From an uncultured Trueperaceae bacterium (GTDB lineage: Bacteria; Deinococcota; Deinococci; Deinococcales; Trueperaceae), in NCBI GenBank assembly GCA_963799485.1, contig CAWCXJ010000009.1:128001-192000 (forward strand): a stretch of DNA of 64,000 nucleotides. The letters run 5' to 3'. Both the position numbers and the translations under genes were made by a program. Shown here piece after piece: positions 22,004 through 31,575 of the stretch. Numbering within the stretch: position 1 is the stretch's first letter; every line of letters starts with the position of its first letter. The notes under the pieces were generated by a model, which did not search any database, was not told the DNA's origin, and saw only the letters and a program-made list of their open reading frames with translations.

Positions 22004-22125
22004 TAGGGTAACAAGGGAGGTTGACGAAGTGAGGCCGAGTGATTGACGAAAAAGTGATGCGTCGCGGCAGCCCTGACTTTAGTACGAACCGCTAAGGTCG
22101 GCCCCGCCCAGACCTAAACTCGAGC

Positions 22126-22158
22126 AAAAAGGGAGAGTTACGGAATCGTCTCCCTTTT
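22126..22158. terminator. Probable intrinsic terminator after the TolC pair
   Basis: AAAAGGGAGA...TCTCCCTTTT hairpin. Confidence 0.5.
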
Positions 22159-22232
22159 CCCCAACGGTTTAGACTAAATGCCGGGCATAACACGGCTCAC
22201 AACTCTACAGCGCTGAACGCAAAATGACTTAG

Positions 22233-23831
22233 GTGTCAGGTCGCCTCCAGCCCCTTATCCGGAGTCCAGATATCTACGGCTCGCCAGCAAAGAAGGGAAA
22301 CGTCATAAAACAGATTTCAATCGTCTTCTTTCTCTTTATCTTTACGGGTTATACTCACGCCCCGATTTCAGATGATACGGATAAAGCCCTGCAAAACCAG
22401 ACCTTTTCCTCGCAATACCGGCCCAGCTACGAAAACATCGCTAACCCCGAACGCGGCTTCTATCTCCATCCAGGTGACTGCGACAAGGTTCCCTTTAAGG
22501 CAGAGAAGCTTGCAGCTGAACGCAGGGGCGAACAAAAGATCAGCTTGGTGCTATGTATCTTCTATCTCGAGGATTTTAAGGACAAGCCCATCAGCGCGGC
22601 CAAGCTGGCCTTTTTTCAGCAACAAATTGAGGCGGTGCGAGCAGCAGGACTGAAGGTGATCCTGCGGTTTGCCTATACCTACTACGACCCCCCGGGTGAT
22701 AAGCAGCTGCCCCCGGGTGACGACGCCCCACTGTTCCGGGTAAGGGAGCATTTAAGCCAGCTCGAGCCCTACCTCCGGCGAAACAGAGATGTGATCGCGC
22801 TTGTAGAATCCGGATTCGTGGGTACCTGGGGTGAGGGTTACTACAGCCAAAACTTCGGCAATGCCGGTGCCGAGGATTGGGAAAAGCGCAAAGCCGTTGT
22901 CGACGAACTTTTGCGTATTTTACCCGGGCGCATGGTGCTCGTTCGGCGACCCAAGATGAAAATGGAGATGTACTTTCCCAGCCCCGGGAAAGCGGTTCCC
23001 GTAGCTGCGGGCAGCGCCTACGGTGACGCCCCGATTGCGCGAGTCGGATACCATAACGACTGCTTCCTGGCCAGCCCGGACGACAACGGCACGTATGAGG
23101 CTATAGCTGTGGAGAAGGCGTACCTAGCCGAGGACACGAAGTACGTCCCTATGGGGGGTGAGACGTGCGTGCCGAACCCGCCGCGCTCGCTCTGTGGTGG
23201 TGGGTTGGGTGAGCCGGGGAAACCGGGAGACGCGCTTAAAGAGTTGGAAAGGTTTCACTACAGCTACCTCAATGGGCGGCGCTCGCGTGAAGTCCTTGAT
23301 AGCTGGGCTGATGGCGGCTGTATAGAAAAGGTGACCCAAAGCCTTGGCTACCGCTTTTCTCTGGTATCGTCCGTCTTTCCACCTTCCGTAAGAGCTGGCT
23401 CGAGGCTCCCGGTCAAGGTAGGCGTCCGCAACACCGGGTGGGCAGCCCCGTTTAATTCGCGTCCGGTATATCTCGTGCTGCGCCACAGCAAGACCAAAGC
23501 GCTCTACTCCTTTAAGCTTGCTGCCAACGCCAGGGGGTGGCAAGCACAAACGCGCAGTCTAATCGACGAAAAAGTGCAGATTCCACCCACGATGCCTGCC
23601 GGAACCTATCAACTGCTCTTGTGGCTCCCGGAGCCGTCGGTCGCCGCGCCAGGTCAACCCGAACCATCGTGGTCTTTACATAAAAGGCCAGAGTACGCTA
23701 TCCGGATGGCGAACCTCGGAGTTTGGGATATGCAGGCAGGAAAGGAAACAGGCTTTAACCTTTTATCGAACACCTTGTGGACGAAGGCAGCGAAAAAACT
23801 TGTGCTGAATACGATCGAGGTAACGCCGTAG
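22233..23831 (+). CDS. DUF4874/DUF4832 domain protein (putative glycoside hydrolase-like)
   Basis: NPERGFY, GLKVILRFAY, GFVGTWGE, RVGYHNDCFLAS, MGGETC, LGYRF, NTGWAAPFN motifs. Confidence 0.8.
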   Translation: MSGRLQPLIRSPDIYGSPAKKGNVIKQISIVFFLFIFTGYTHAPISDDTDKALQNQTFSSQYRPSYENIANPERGFYLHPGDCDKVPFKAEKLAAERRGEQKISLVLCIFYLEDFKDKPISAAKLAFFQQQIEAVRAAGLKVILRFAYTYYDPPGDKQLPPGDDAPLFRVREHLSQLEPYLRRNRDVIALVESGFVGTWGEGYYSQNFGNAGAEDWEKRKAVVDELLRILPGRMVLVRRPKMKMEMYFPSPGKAVPVAAGSAYGDAPIARVGYHNDCFLASPDDNGTYEAIAVEKAYLAEDTKYVPMGGETCVPNPPRSLCGGGLGEPGKPGDALKELERFHYSYLNGRRSREVLDSWADGGCIEKVTQSLGYRFSLVSSVFPPSVRAGSRLPVKVGVRNTGWAAPFNSRPVYLVLRHSKTKALYSFKLAANARGWQAQTRSLIDEKVQIPPTMPAGTYQLLLWLPEPSVAAPGQPEPSWSLHKRPEYAIRMANLGVWDMQAGKETGFNLLSNTLWTKAAKKLVLNTIEVTP

Positions 23832-24125
23832 CCAGCGGTTTCTTAACGCTGCGACCGACCTTGCTCTTCTAGCAGCTGAGGCACTAGCAGGAGGTTCGAA
23901 GTTTATCGCGCGAAACACCTGTAGCGAGCTCGGACGCAACCTCGCGCGTGGCGACTATGTCGGTGGGAGATTTTAAGAGGTCCGTGGCAGGGGGTTGAGG
24001 CGTCGGCTTCAGGGCGTGCCCCAAGCGGACGAAGTTCGGATGTGGAGGCTTCATATTCCATTCACTCTTCTTTATTAAGGTTGGGCAGCAGTGCAGATGG
24101 ACCTCGCGGCGCTTAAAACCGGAGG

Positions 24126-24213
24126 TTCCTGTGGGAAGCGTTGAAGTCTGTTCCTTATGTGGGCGCTTGGAACAGGTGGAGCTAGTAGCGCACCCGGCCG
24201 AAGCCGAAAGGAA
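24126..24213 (+). ncRNA. c-di-GMP-II-type riboswitch (copy 2)
   Basis: GGAAGCGUUGAAG-UCUGUUCC-UUAUGUGGGCGCU-UGGAACAGG-UGGAGCUAGUAGCGCACCCGGCC; paralogous to 14694-14779 with pairing-preserving changes. Confidence 0.85.
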
Positions 24214-24219
24214 GTAAAC

Positions 24220-24672
24220 GTGAAGCGTGGTAAAAGCACAGATTTGTTGATAGCGGCTACAGCGCTCGAGTCACTCACAACTAAGATAAGCTGCCGTAAC
24301 GCCCTCGCCTTCTTTTTGACGGCTCCACTGCCCGCGCTGAGCGTTGCTGGTCGTAATATCGGTTTTATACCTATAAGCTCACCGTATCAGCACGTTGATA
24401 AGCTACGCGCGCCTGCTTCAAGTCACAGTCTTGCCTGCAGTTGGGTAAAACGACTGCTCTCGCACTACAGCCGCTACTACCGCAAACCGCTTAAAACTCT
24501 TTACGCCGACGTGGTAGGCGCGACCTTCTGCAACACGAACCTTGGTGTTTGGAATACTGCCAGCAGCGTGAGTTTTTTTGCTCGCAGTAACGAGAGGCGC
24601 TTCGTCACCGGCGTAGGTAGCGTTTTCTTAAAGCGGACGAGCGCTGCTGGAGAAACCAAAACATTCAGCTAG
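24220..24672 (+). pseudogene. Eroded, internally deleted paralog of the Agd3-like gene
   Basis: SSPYQHVDKLRAPASSHSLACSWVKRLLSHYSRYYRKPLKTL aligns with SGSPYQHYQHVGNLREYASGRSLAYDWVERLLSQYSRYYNKPLKTL (~16655-16793); ends GETKTF versus GQSKTF. Confidence 0.85.
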
Positions 24673-24771
24673 GAACTTTCAAAAGGCAGAGCGCAGGATG
24701 CACTCCGCCTCTATGGTGCAGTCTTTAAGTCGTTGACGACAATCAAAGCTGCTGCGGAAGGTGTAGGATAG

Positions 24772-26232
24772 ATGCGTATTCTCTTTACAACCGAAGGAAC
24801 CTATCCCTACGTGATGGGTGGCGTCAGTACGTGGTGCAACCAGCTTGTCGGTGGGCTGATTCAGACCGAGTTCCAGCTGTTGGCTGTCACGGGGCCGCAG
24901 CAGGTCGCACTAGGCTACACGCTCCCCAGCAACGTCGTTGGGCTGAAGGCGGCGCGGCTGTGGCGGCCCCGTGACGGTGTACGGCGCGCGCCACCTGCGG
25001 TGCGGCTCAGGTTCGACCACAACTTTTCTAGATTGCTAAAGTTTGTTGACGGTGATCTCGAGGAATTTTCGGACAGTCTTTTAGCCTTGGCAGAGCTGGG
25101 AAATACCTACAACCTCTGGCCTTTGTTTCAGCAGCAAGCCGTCTGGGTCAAGCTAAACGGTGCCCTGACGGACATCCTGGGTCGTCAGCCGATCTTGGCC
25201 GAAACGACGCTGGCGCTGAATTGGCTGCGCTCGACGCTGGTGCCGCTGCTATTTATCCCTGAACGGGCGGATATTGCTCACACAGTGGCAAATGGACTCT
25301 GCGCCGTGCCCGCCTGGGTGGCGGCTCAAGTCCACAGGATTCCCCTGATCTTGACCGAGCACGGCGTCTACTTGCGCGAACGTTATCTCGGCTTTAGCAA
25401 CGAAAATGATTTGCCGGGCGTACGGCTACTGCGCGCTCGCTTCCACCGCGCGCTGGCGCAACTTGTCTACCGTGACGCCGACCGGCTGCTGTCGGTCAGC
25501 GAGTTTAACCGCTGCTGGCAGATTAAACTCGGCGGCCCGGTCGAGCGTACGCAGGTCGTTTACAACGGGGTAGACCCGGAGGCTCTGCCGCTCGCTGACG
25601 GCGCGGACCAGGAGGTTCCGACAGTCTCGTGGGTGGGGCGCGTGGATCCGCTTAAGGACTTAGAGACGCTAATCCTTTCGTTCGTGGAGGTCAAGAAGGC
25701 AGTTCCGAACGCGCTGCTCCGCCTTTTCGGGCCGGTGCCTAAGGGCAACGAAGCCTACTACGAACGGCTCAAGTCGATCATTGCCGAACACAGTCTCGGT
25801 AATAACGTCTGTTTTGAGGGTCCAATCAGCCCGGTCTACAAGGCTTACCACGCTGCTGACGTAGTGGTGCTCTCGAGCATCTCTGAAGGATTTCCCTATA
25901 CGCCAATCGAGGCCATGATGTGTAGCAAGCCGGTGGTAGCCACCCGTGTCGGCGGGGTTGCCGAGGCGATCGGAGACTTGGGTCGTTTAGTCGAACCGCG
26001 TGAGCCGCTACAGCTGGGTGCGGCTTTGACTGAGCTGCTGCTTGACGCACCGCTGCGCCGGCAGCTGGGTGCGGCGGCGCGTGAGCGGGCCCTCGAGCAC
26101 TTTACGCTTATCGATATGAACAGCGCTTACGAACGGCTCTACCATGAGGTAGTAGCCGAGAAACGTGGCGAACACCCTAGAGTTGTCGCAAACGTAGCGG
26201 CGACTACTGAAGAAATGCAGGTCGCAGTATGA
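24772..26232 (+). CDS. pelF: PelF-like GT4 glycosyltransferase
   Basis: TEGTYPYVMGGVSTWC, ILTEHGVYLRER, GRVDPLKD, LSSISEGFPY motifs. Confidence 0.9.
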   Translation: MRILFTTEGTYPYVMGGVSTWCNQLVGGLIQTEFQLLAVTGPQQVALGYTLPSNVVGLKAARLWRPRDGVRRAPPAVRLRFDHNFSRLLKFVDGDLEEFSDSLLALAELGNTYNLWPLFQQQAVWVKLNGALTDILGRQPILAETTLALNWLRSTLVPLLFIPERADIAHTVANGLCAVPAWVAAQVHRIPLILTEHGVYLRERYLGFSNENDLPGVRLLRARFHRALAQLVYRDADRLLSVSEFNRCWQIKLGGPVERTQVVYNGVDPEALPLADGADQEVPTVSWVGRVDPLKDLETLILSFVEVKKAVPNALLRLFGPVPKGNEAYYERLKSIIAEHSLGNNVCFEGPISPVYKAYHAADVVVLSSISEGFPYTPIEAMMCSKPVVATRVGGVAEAIGDLGRLVEPREPLQLGAALTELLLDAPLRRQLGAAARERALEHFTLIDMNSAYERLYHEVVAEKRGEHPRVVANVAATTEEMQVAV

Positions 26233-27545
26233 GTGCATATGGCGGCGTCGAGCCTCCCGTCTTTCACGTTTACGACCACGAGGCCGCCCACGCCGAGCGG
26301 CGCAGCAATACTTCGATCAACCAGCTTGCGCGGGCGCATAACCAGCTCTGTCTCGAGGCGTCTGATGCCTATGAGATTGCCGCGCATCTAGAGTCCCTCG
26401 GTTACAACAAGGCGAGCGTTGCGACCGAATACGGCGTCGCTGACCACTTTGAACTGGCGTGGATGCTTTTTCATCAGACCCCCCGGCGGCTCAAATTGCG
26501 CCTGCCCTCGAAGGTGGTGCGCGCCTCCTACGCGCGGCAAGCGATCATGGTGTTGACGCTACTCGTCACTTCTGGTATTGGGCTTATGAGCGAGGTGGGT
26601 GCCTGGGGGCCGGTAATTTGGTTGCTCGTCTGGTCACAGCTGGGAGGCGCTCTCCTCAACCGCGCCAAAAGCGAGTTGGCGACCCCGGATCACGCCCGTG
26701 TACTCTCGCTGCTGCTCAAACTGGGACTGATAGGGATGGTCGGGGTTTGGATTGTCACGCCGTTCGCGCTGGCGACCTGGACAGTTAGCGTGCTCTGGTT
26801 GGGTGTTGCCGCCCTACTCTGGGATGAGCGCTTGCGCGCCGCTTACGTCTTGCCCGCCGTCGCGGGTGGTTCGCTGGCGCTTACCCTGTGGTTGAACTTA
26901 CCGGGAACGGTCATGCTGGTGGTGTGCGGACTAGCAACGCTGGTTGCGTTACGGCCGCTTTTGGTCTGGTCTTCCCCGACGACGTGGCTGTGGGCGCTGA
27001 CCCAGTGGCGGCACCTGGCACCGTTTATCCTTTATGGCCTCGGGCAGAGCGCACTGCTTCTTGCGCTACTCTTTGGCGCTGGTAATGAGGCGCTGCCGGG
27101 GGTTGCGCTTTTCGCAGTCGTGCTGCTGATTGCCGAGCCACAGCTGTTATGGTTGCGGGGGCAGCTCAACCGCTACCTCTGGAAAGGGCAGGACGCTGCC
27201 AGTTACGCCTTCTTCGCGCGTCATATCATCGTCCGCTACACCAGTGTCTACCTGCTCCCTTTTCTGCCAGCAGTGCTCGTCTTCTTCTATCCCACCCTGT
27301 TTAACCCGCAGTGGTTTTTTCACCTTGCCGGGTTTGCGCTTTTTGGCATGATCTTGGCGTTGGCGCTGGTGTCGCTGGCGTTGGGAGATAGCCTCATGCC
27401 GGCGCTGGTTTTTGCTGTCGGCGGAGCGCTGGTGGTGCTCGGCTTACCTTTTTTCTGGGTAGCTGGTACCATGGCGCTGGCAGAATTTGCGATTCTCTTC
27501 AAGCGCAGCGCGCAGCTAGGCAGCTACGGTGTCTTCCTCCTCTAG
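26229..27545 (+). CDS. Polytopic membrane protein, putative polysaccharide exporter (PelG analogue)
   Basis: Soluble N-terminus with DAYEIAAHLESLG...YGVADHFELA motif followed by about 10-12 hydrophobic segments; ATGA-coupled to pelF. Confidence 0.6.
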   Translation: MSAYGGVEPPVFHVYDHEAAHAERRSNTSINQLARAHNQLCLEASDAYEIAAHLESLGYNKASVATEYGVADHFELAWMLFHQTPRRLKLRLPSKVVRASYARQAIMVLTLLVTSGIGLMSEVGAWGPVIWLLVWSQLGGALLNRAKSELATPDHARVLSLLLKLGLIGMVGVWIVTPFALATWTVSVLWLGVAALLWDERLRAAYVLPAVAGGSLALTLWLNLPGTVMLVVCGLATLVALRPLLVWSSPTTWLWALTQWRHLAPFILYGLGQSALLLALLFGAGNEALPGVALFAVVLLIAEPQLLWLRGQLNRYLWKGQDAASYAFFARHIIVRYTSVYLLPFLPAVLVFFYPTLFNPQWFFHLAGFALFGMILALALVSLALGDSLMPALVFAVGGALVVLGLPFFWVAGTMALAEFAILFKRSAQLGSYGVFLL

Positions 27546-27549
27546 CCGT

Positions 27550-28242
27550 ATGCCACTAGCGGTGTTTTACGGTCACGGCGAAGTGGCTACGTTGCAACGC
27601 TTTCAGCGAGTGGTACTTCAAGCGCCCCACTACTCGAACGAAGACGTATGCGCGCTTAAAACTGCCAAAACCTCCCCCCTTGCCTACTTGAGCCTCGGCG
27701 AAGACGTTGGAGAGGACGCTCCCTGGCACCGCTCCGAACGCAACCCGGCCTGGTACGGACACTATATTCAGGCGGCGCACCCTGGCTGGTCAGCGCAGGT
27801 CCTAAAAACGGCCCAGATGCTTTTAGCGAGGGGCTTTGAAGGGTTTTTACTCGATACGCTAGACACGGTCGATCTGTTCCCCGAAGACCGCGACGCCTAT
27901 CTGCAGTTGGTTGCAGACCTTAGGCGTTTAGCGCCTCGAGGATATCTGCTGGCGAACCGGGGATTCTCGTTGCTGCCGGAGCTAGCTGAATATCTTGATG
28001 GGGTTTTGTTTGAAGCGTTTTCAAGTACTTGGCAAACCGACGGAACGACCGGGGCGCTTCCAGAGGGTGATCTCAAGATAAATGCAGACCGGGTAAGCAA
28101 GCTCAAAACGCTTGGTTTGGACCTCTACGCGCTTGATTATGTCGACACGCCTGCACTCGAGGCGATCACTCGTGACCGCGCCCAAGCGAATGGTCTAGTG
28201 CCGCTGATAAGTAACCGTAACCTTACTAAGCTTTGTTTTTAA
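27550..28242 (+). CDS. Stand-alone PelA-type (GH166/GH114-like) hydrolase domain
   Basis: AVFYG, AYLSLGE, GFEGFLLDTLD, LANRGF, VLFEAF, ALDY motifs; ATG at 27550; no signal peptide. Confidence 0.75.
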   Translation: MPLAVFYGHGEVATLQRFQRVVLQAPHYSNEDVCALKTAKTSPLAYLSLGEDVGEDAPWHRSERNPAWYGHYIQAAHPGWSAQVLKTAQMLLARGFEGFLLDTLDTVDLFPEDRDAYLQLVADLRRLAPRGYLLANRGFSLLPELAEYLDGVLFEAFSSTWQTDGTTGALPEGDLKINADRVSKLKTLGLDLYALDYVDTPALEAITRDRAQANGLVPLISNRNLTKLCF

Positions 28243-28351
28243 GAGAGCTTGTTTCTTGCTCGAGCTCAGTATGTAAAGTTACGAGTCGAATAGGGTATGT
28301 GGACACCAAACGCCCAAGAACCAGTCTAAGAACTCCTTTCAGGTGCATAAG

Positions 28352-28897
28352 CTACCAGAGCAGTAACACCCGCAAGCAGATAAGAATAGCCGAGACGGTG
28401 GCGTAAGCGAGGTAGTGTGCTGCTTTTCGTTCGTAACGGACGACTAAACCACGGCAGTTATCCTGCCAAGCGTTGACCCGCTCCACTTGCCAGCGCCTTT
28501 GACTGGCCGGGTACAACTTCGGCTTCGGTCCCTTGCGGCGACGCTTGCCGCTTCTCTTTCTTTCGGGTACGGCAGCGCGGATGCCCCGAGCCCGCAACGA
28601 CCGCCGGCGGTCACGGCTGTCATAGGCTTTGTCCATAGCGACTTCTAAAAGACGGGTTTTGGGACGACCCCGCCCCGCTTTAGGAACCCGTATCTTTGCA
28701 AGCACAGCGAGAGCCAAACTCGATTCGGCGGTGCTGGCGCTTGCCAGGGACAAAGCAACCGGAATGCCGCGGGCTTCACTTGCAACCATCAACGTAGAGC
28801 CTTTTCCTTTGTACCCGTGGTCGATGTTGTCGCCCCCTTTTTGCCGACACAAAGCTCCCGTCTAATGTGCCCTCGTCGAGACTGAGTTTCCCCTTTT
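28352..28897 (-). mobile_element. IS5-family transposase, 5'-truncated
   Basis: KGGDNI...GKGSTLM, MDKAYDS, RWQVERVNAW, LVVRYERK motifs; cut at the IS1 end. Confidence 0.85.
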
Positions 28898-29747
28898 GGT
28901 AATGACCACCCACTTACTGATAAGCTAAGAGACGATCATTGATTCAAAAACGTATAGCTGCACTGCTTGCAGCAGTGAAAACATCGTAAGAAATGGCAAG
29001 AATCGCTACGGTAAGCAGCAGTTCAAGTGCAAGGATTGCAGCAAACAAGGGGGGCTTGAGCCGAACGTCAAGGATAGCGAGGCACGAAAGCAAGAGATTC
29101 TCGCGGCTTACCGAGAGCGTCCGAGTATGCGTGGGATCAGGCGTATCTATGGCGTCAGCCAACCCACCTTGGCGAAGTGGCTCGAAAAAAGCCCGGAGTT
29201 GTAAGCTCAGCGAGACTGTGAGTGAAGCTCGACCAGATGACGTGCTCGAACTCGATGAAGTCTGGTTATTTGTCCACGACAAAAAGCAGAAATGCCGGTT
29301 ATGGACAGCCATGTGTCGCCGCACACGGCAGCTTGTTGCCTTTGTCATAGGTGATCACAGCGCCAGAACCTGTACCCGGCTATGGGCGAAACTTCCCGCC
29401 ACCTACAAACGTTGTCACAGCTTTAGTGACTTATGGGTTGCGAAGCCCTCCGATAGGAGACGTTTACACTAAAGTCTTTTCTCAAGAAACCCATTGCAGC
29501 GTTGCTAAAGGCGCAGGTGAAACCAACCATATGGAACGTTGGCGCAGCACGCTTAGGCAGTGGACAGGTCCGGAAGGCTGGAACTTCGCACCCTTGTGGT
29601 GTGCCGCTTTGTCCAAGACAACGCCTAGCCCGTTATGTTCGTAAAACCCTCTCGTTCTCCAAGTCCGACGCCATGCATCATACTGTTACCAAGTGGTTCA
29701 TCGCTGAGTACAACTTAGGCTGTATCAGCTAGCGTTTAATCATTACC
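28898..29747 (+). mobile_element. IS1-family element, degenerate
   Basis: Ends GGTAATGA (28898) / TCATTACC (29747); InsA CxxC...KQQFKCKDC; A6G slippery site ~29185; InsB ELDEVWLFV, HMERW, RKTLSFSK; disrupted by small insertions. Confidence 0.9.
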
Positions 29748-29851
29748 TGCGTTTCTTGGGACGACTTTTCCGGCTGTCCCGCTTTGAGTTTCTCCAGCAG
29801 CGCTTTGTACTGCGCTCTGTCTGCGTATTATGTCGAATTCGAGAAGATAGT

Positions 29852-31575
29852 GGCTCTTACGAAAGTTTTGTGGTAGATGTAGATGCATCGGGACTTGAAA
29901 CCTAGCGGTGCAGCTAGCAGCATAGAGGATGCTTGACATCCTTTTCCCAGGTTGCATCGTTGAAATGTTCGAAATCCACGAGCAAGGCTTGGTGCTCACG
30001 GCTCGGTCAAACAAAACGGCGGCGAGGTGCCCAGTATGTGGGGTGACGTCAGCGAAGGTAAGCGGCTACTACCGACGGCATCCTCACGATTTGCCCCTGG
30101 CTGGTCACCTGACCAAGTTTTGCCTGAAAGTTAAACGGTTCTACTGTTTGAACCATAGCTGTACGAGAACGACGTTTGCGGAATCTTTCGACCCCTGGTT
30201 AGCACGTTACGCCCACAGGAGCGGACGCCTGAGCGATACCCAAAGCTACGTCGCTGTGATGCTGAGTGCCAAAGCCAGTGAAGACCTGCTCGAGAAGTTG
30301 GCGATACCCGTGAGCCACGACACAGCCCTCAATCTCGTTTGTAAAAGAACCGCAGTGCCACAAGGTACGCCACGGGTGCTAGGCGTCGATGATTTCGCTC
30401 TCCGAAAAAGGGAAACCTATGGCACCTTACTGCTGGACTTAGAGACACACAAGGTGGTGGACGTTTTACCCGACAGAACCTCGGCTACACTTATAAGCCG
30501 GCTAAAGGCCCACCCCGGGATCGAGGTTATCTCGAGAGACCGCTCTCAGGAGTACAAATCCGCTTGTGACGAGGGCGCACCCGAGGCCGTCCAGGTCGCT
30601 GACCGCTGGCATCTACTCAAAAACTTCAGCGATCTCTTGAAGCGTTGGTTCGAGCGCCACAAGAAATACCTCGTTGAGCCTCTGCCAGACGGCGAGTTCG
30701 CAACTGGTGCCGAAATGCCACGCCAGCTGCGCGCCCGCACCAGCTATGAGAGAGCGCTGCAAGCCAAGCTCGAAACGCGCCGCAAACGGCAAACAACCTT
30801 TGAAACGGCTAAGCGCCTGAAAGCGGAGGGTTTTAGCCTGTCCACCATAGCGGCCAAACTCGGCGTCGGCTCGTACGCCGAATAGCGTTGAACGTTAGGA
30901 GTACCTTGAGCCGTTGGTTCGCCCAAGGCACTTATGCCAATAAGCAGCGCAGTCGCATCCTCGAAGCCTATCGACCCTATCTCAGACAAAGGTGGGAAGC
31001 GGGCATAAGTAACAAGATGCAGCTTTACCGGGAGATTATGGCGCAAGGATTTACCGGTGCCTACGGACTCGTCTACGCCTACTTCGCCGAGCTAGAAGCT
31101 GGGATTGGGCTTTTGAGTGCGAGCAAGAAGCAAAACGTTCAACGCTATTCGGCGTACGAGGCGACCCGGTTATTCACACGTCAACGAGCTACGTTAAATC
31201 GGCACGAGATCAGACGGCTCGAGCAACTCTTCAAGAATGTGAAGGAGGCTGAGCTTTGCTATGAGCTGGCGCAACGCTTCGTGTTCTTGTTTGAGCAGGA
31301 GCAAGCACCCGAGCAGACCCTCGCGGCGTTTGACCGTTGGCTCAAAGACACCATAAATAGTGGCATCGACGAACTTGCCCGCTTGGCAAAGGGCTTTAGT
31401 AACGACAGGCTCGCTATCGGAGCGGCTTTAACCCTGCCCTGGAGCAACGGTCCGACGGAAGGTAAAATTACTAGGCTCAAACTTCTGAAGCGGCAAATGT
31501 ACGGACGAGCCAGCTTTGATCTACTTAGACAAAAGGTGCTTCTTGCGGCCTGACCACAAAACTTTCGTAAGAGCC
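29852..31575 (+). mobile_element. ISL3-family element, transposase interrupted
   Basis: Perfect 23-bp TIRs GGCTCTTACGAAAGTTTTGTGGT; transposase in ORFs 29929-30885 and 30888-31553 (CPVCG, LGVDDFA, ADRWHL, SNGPTEG..KRQMYGRA). Confidence 0.95.

Noticed and set aside
24157..24672. 171-aa ORF as a functional gene
   Set aside because: Starts inside the riboswitch and is a mosaic of decayed agd3 sequence
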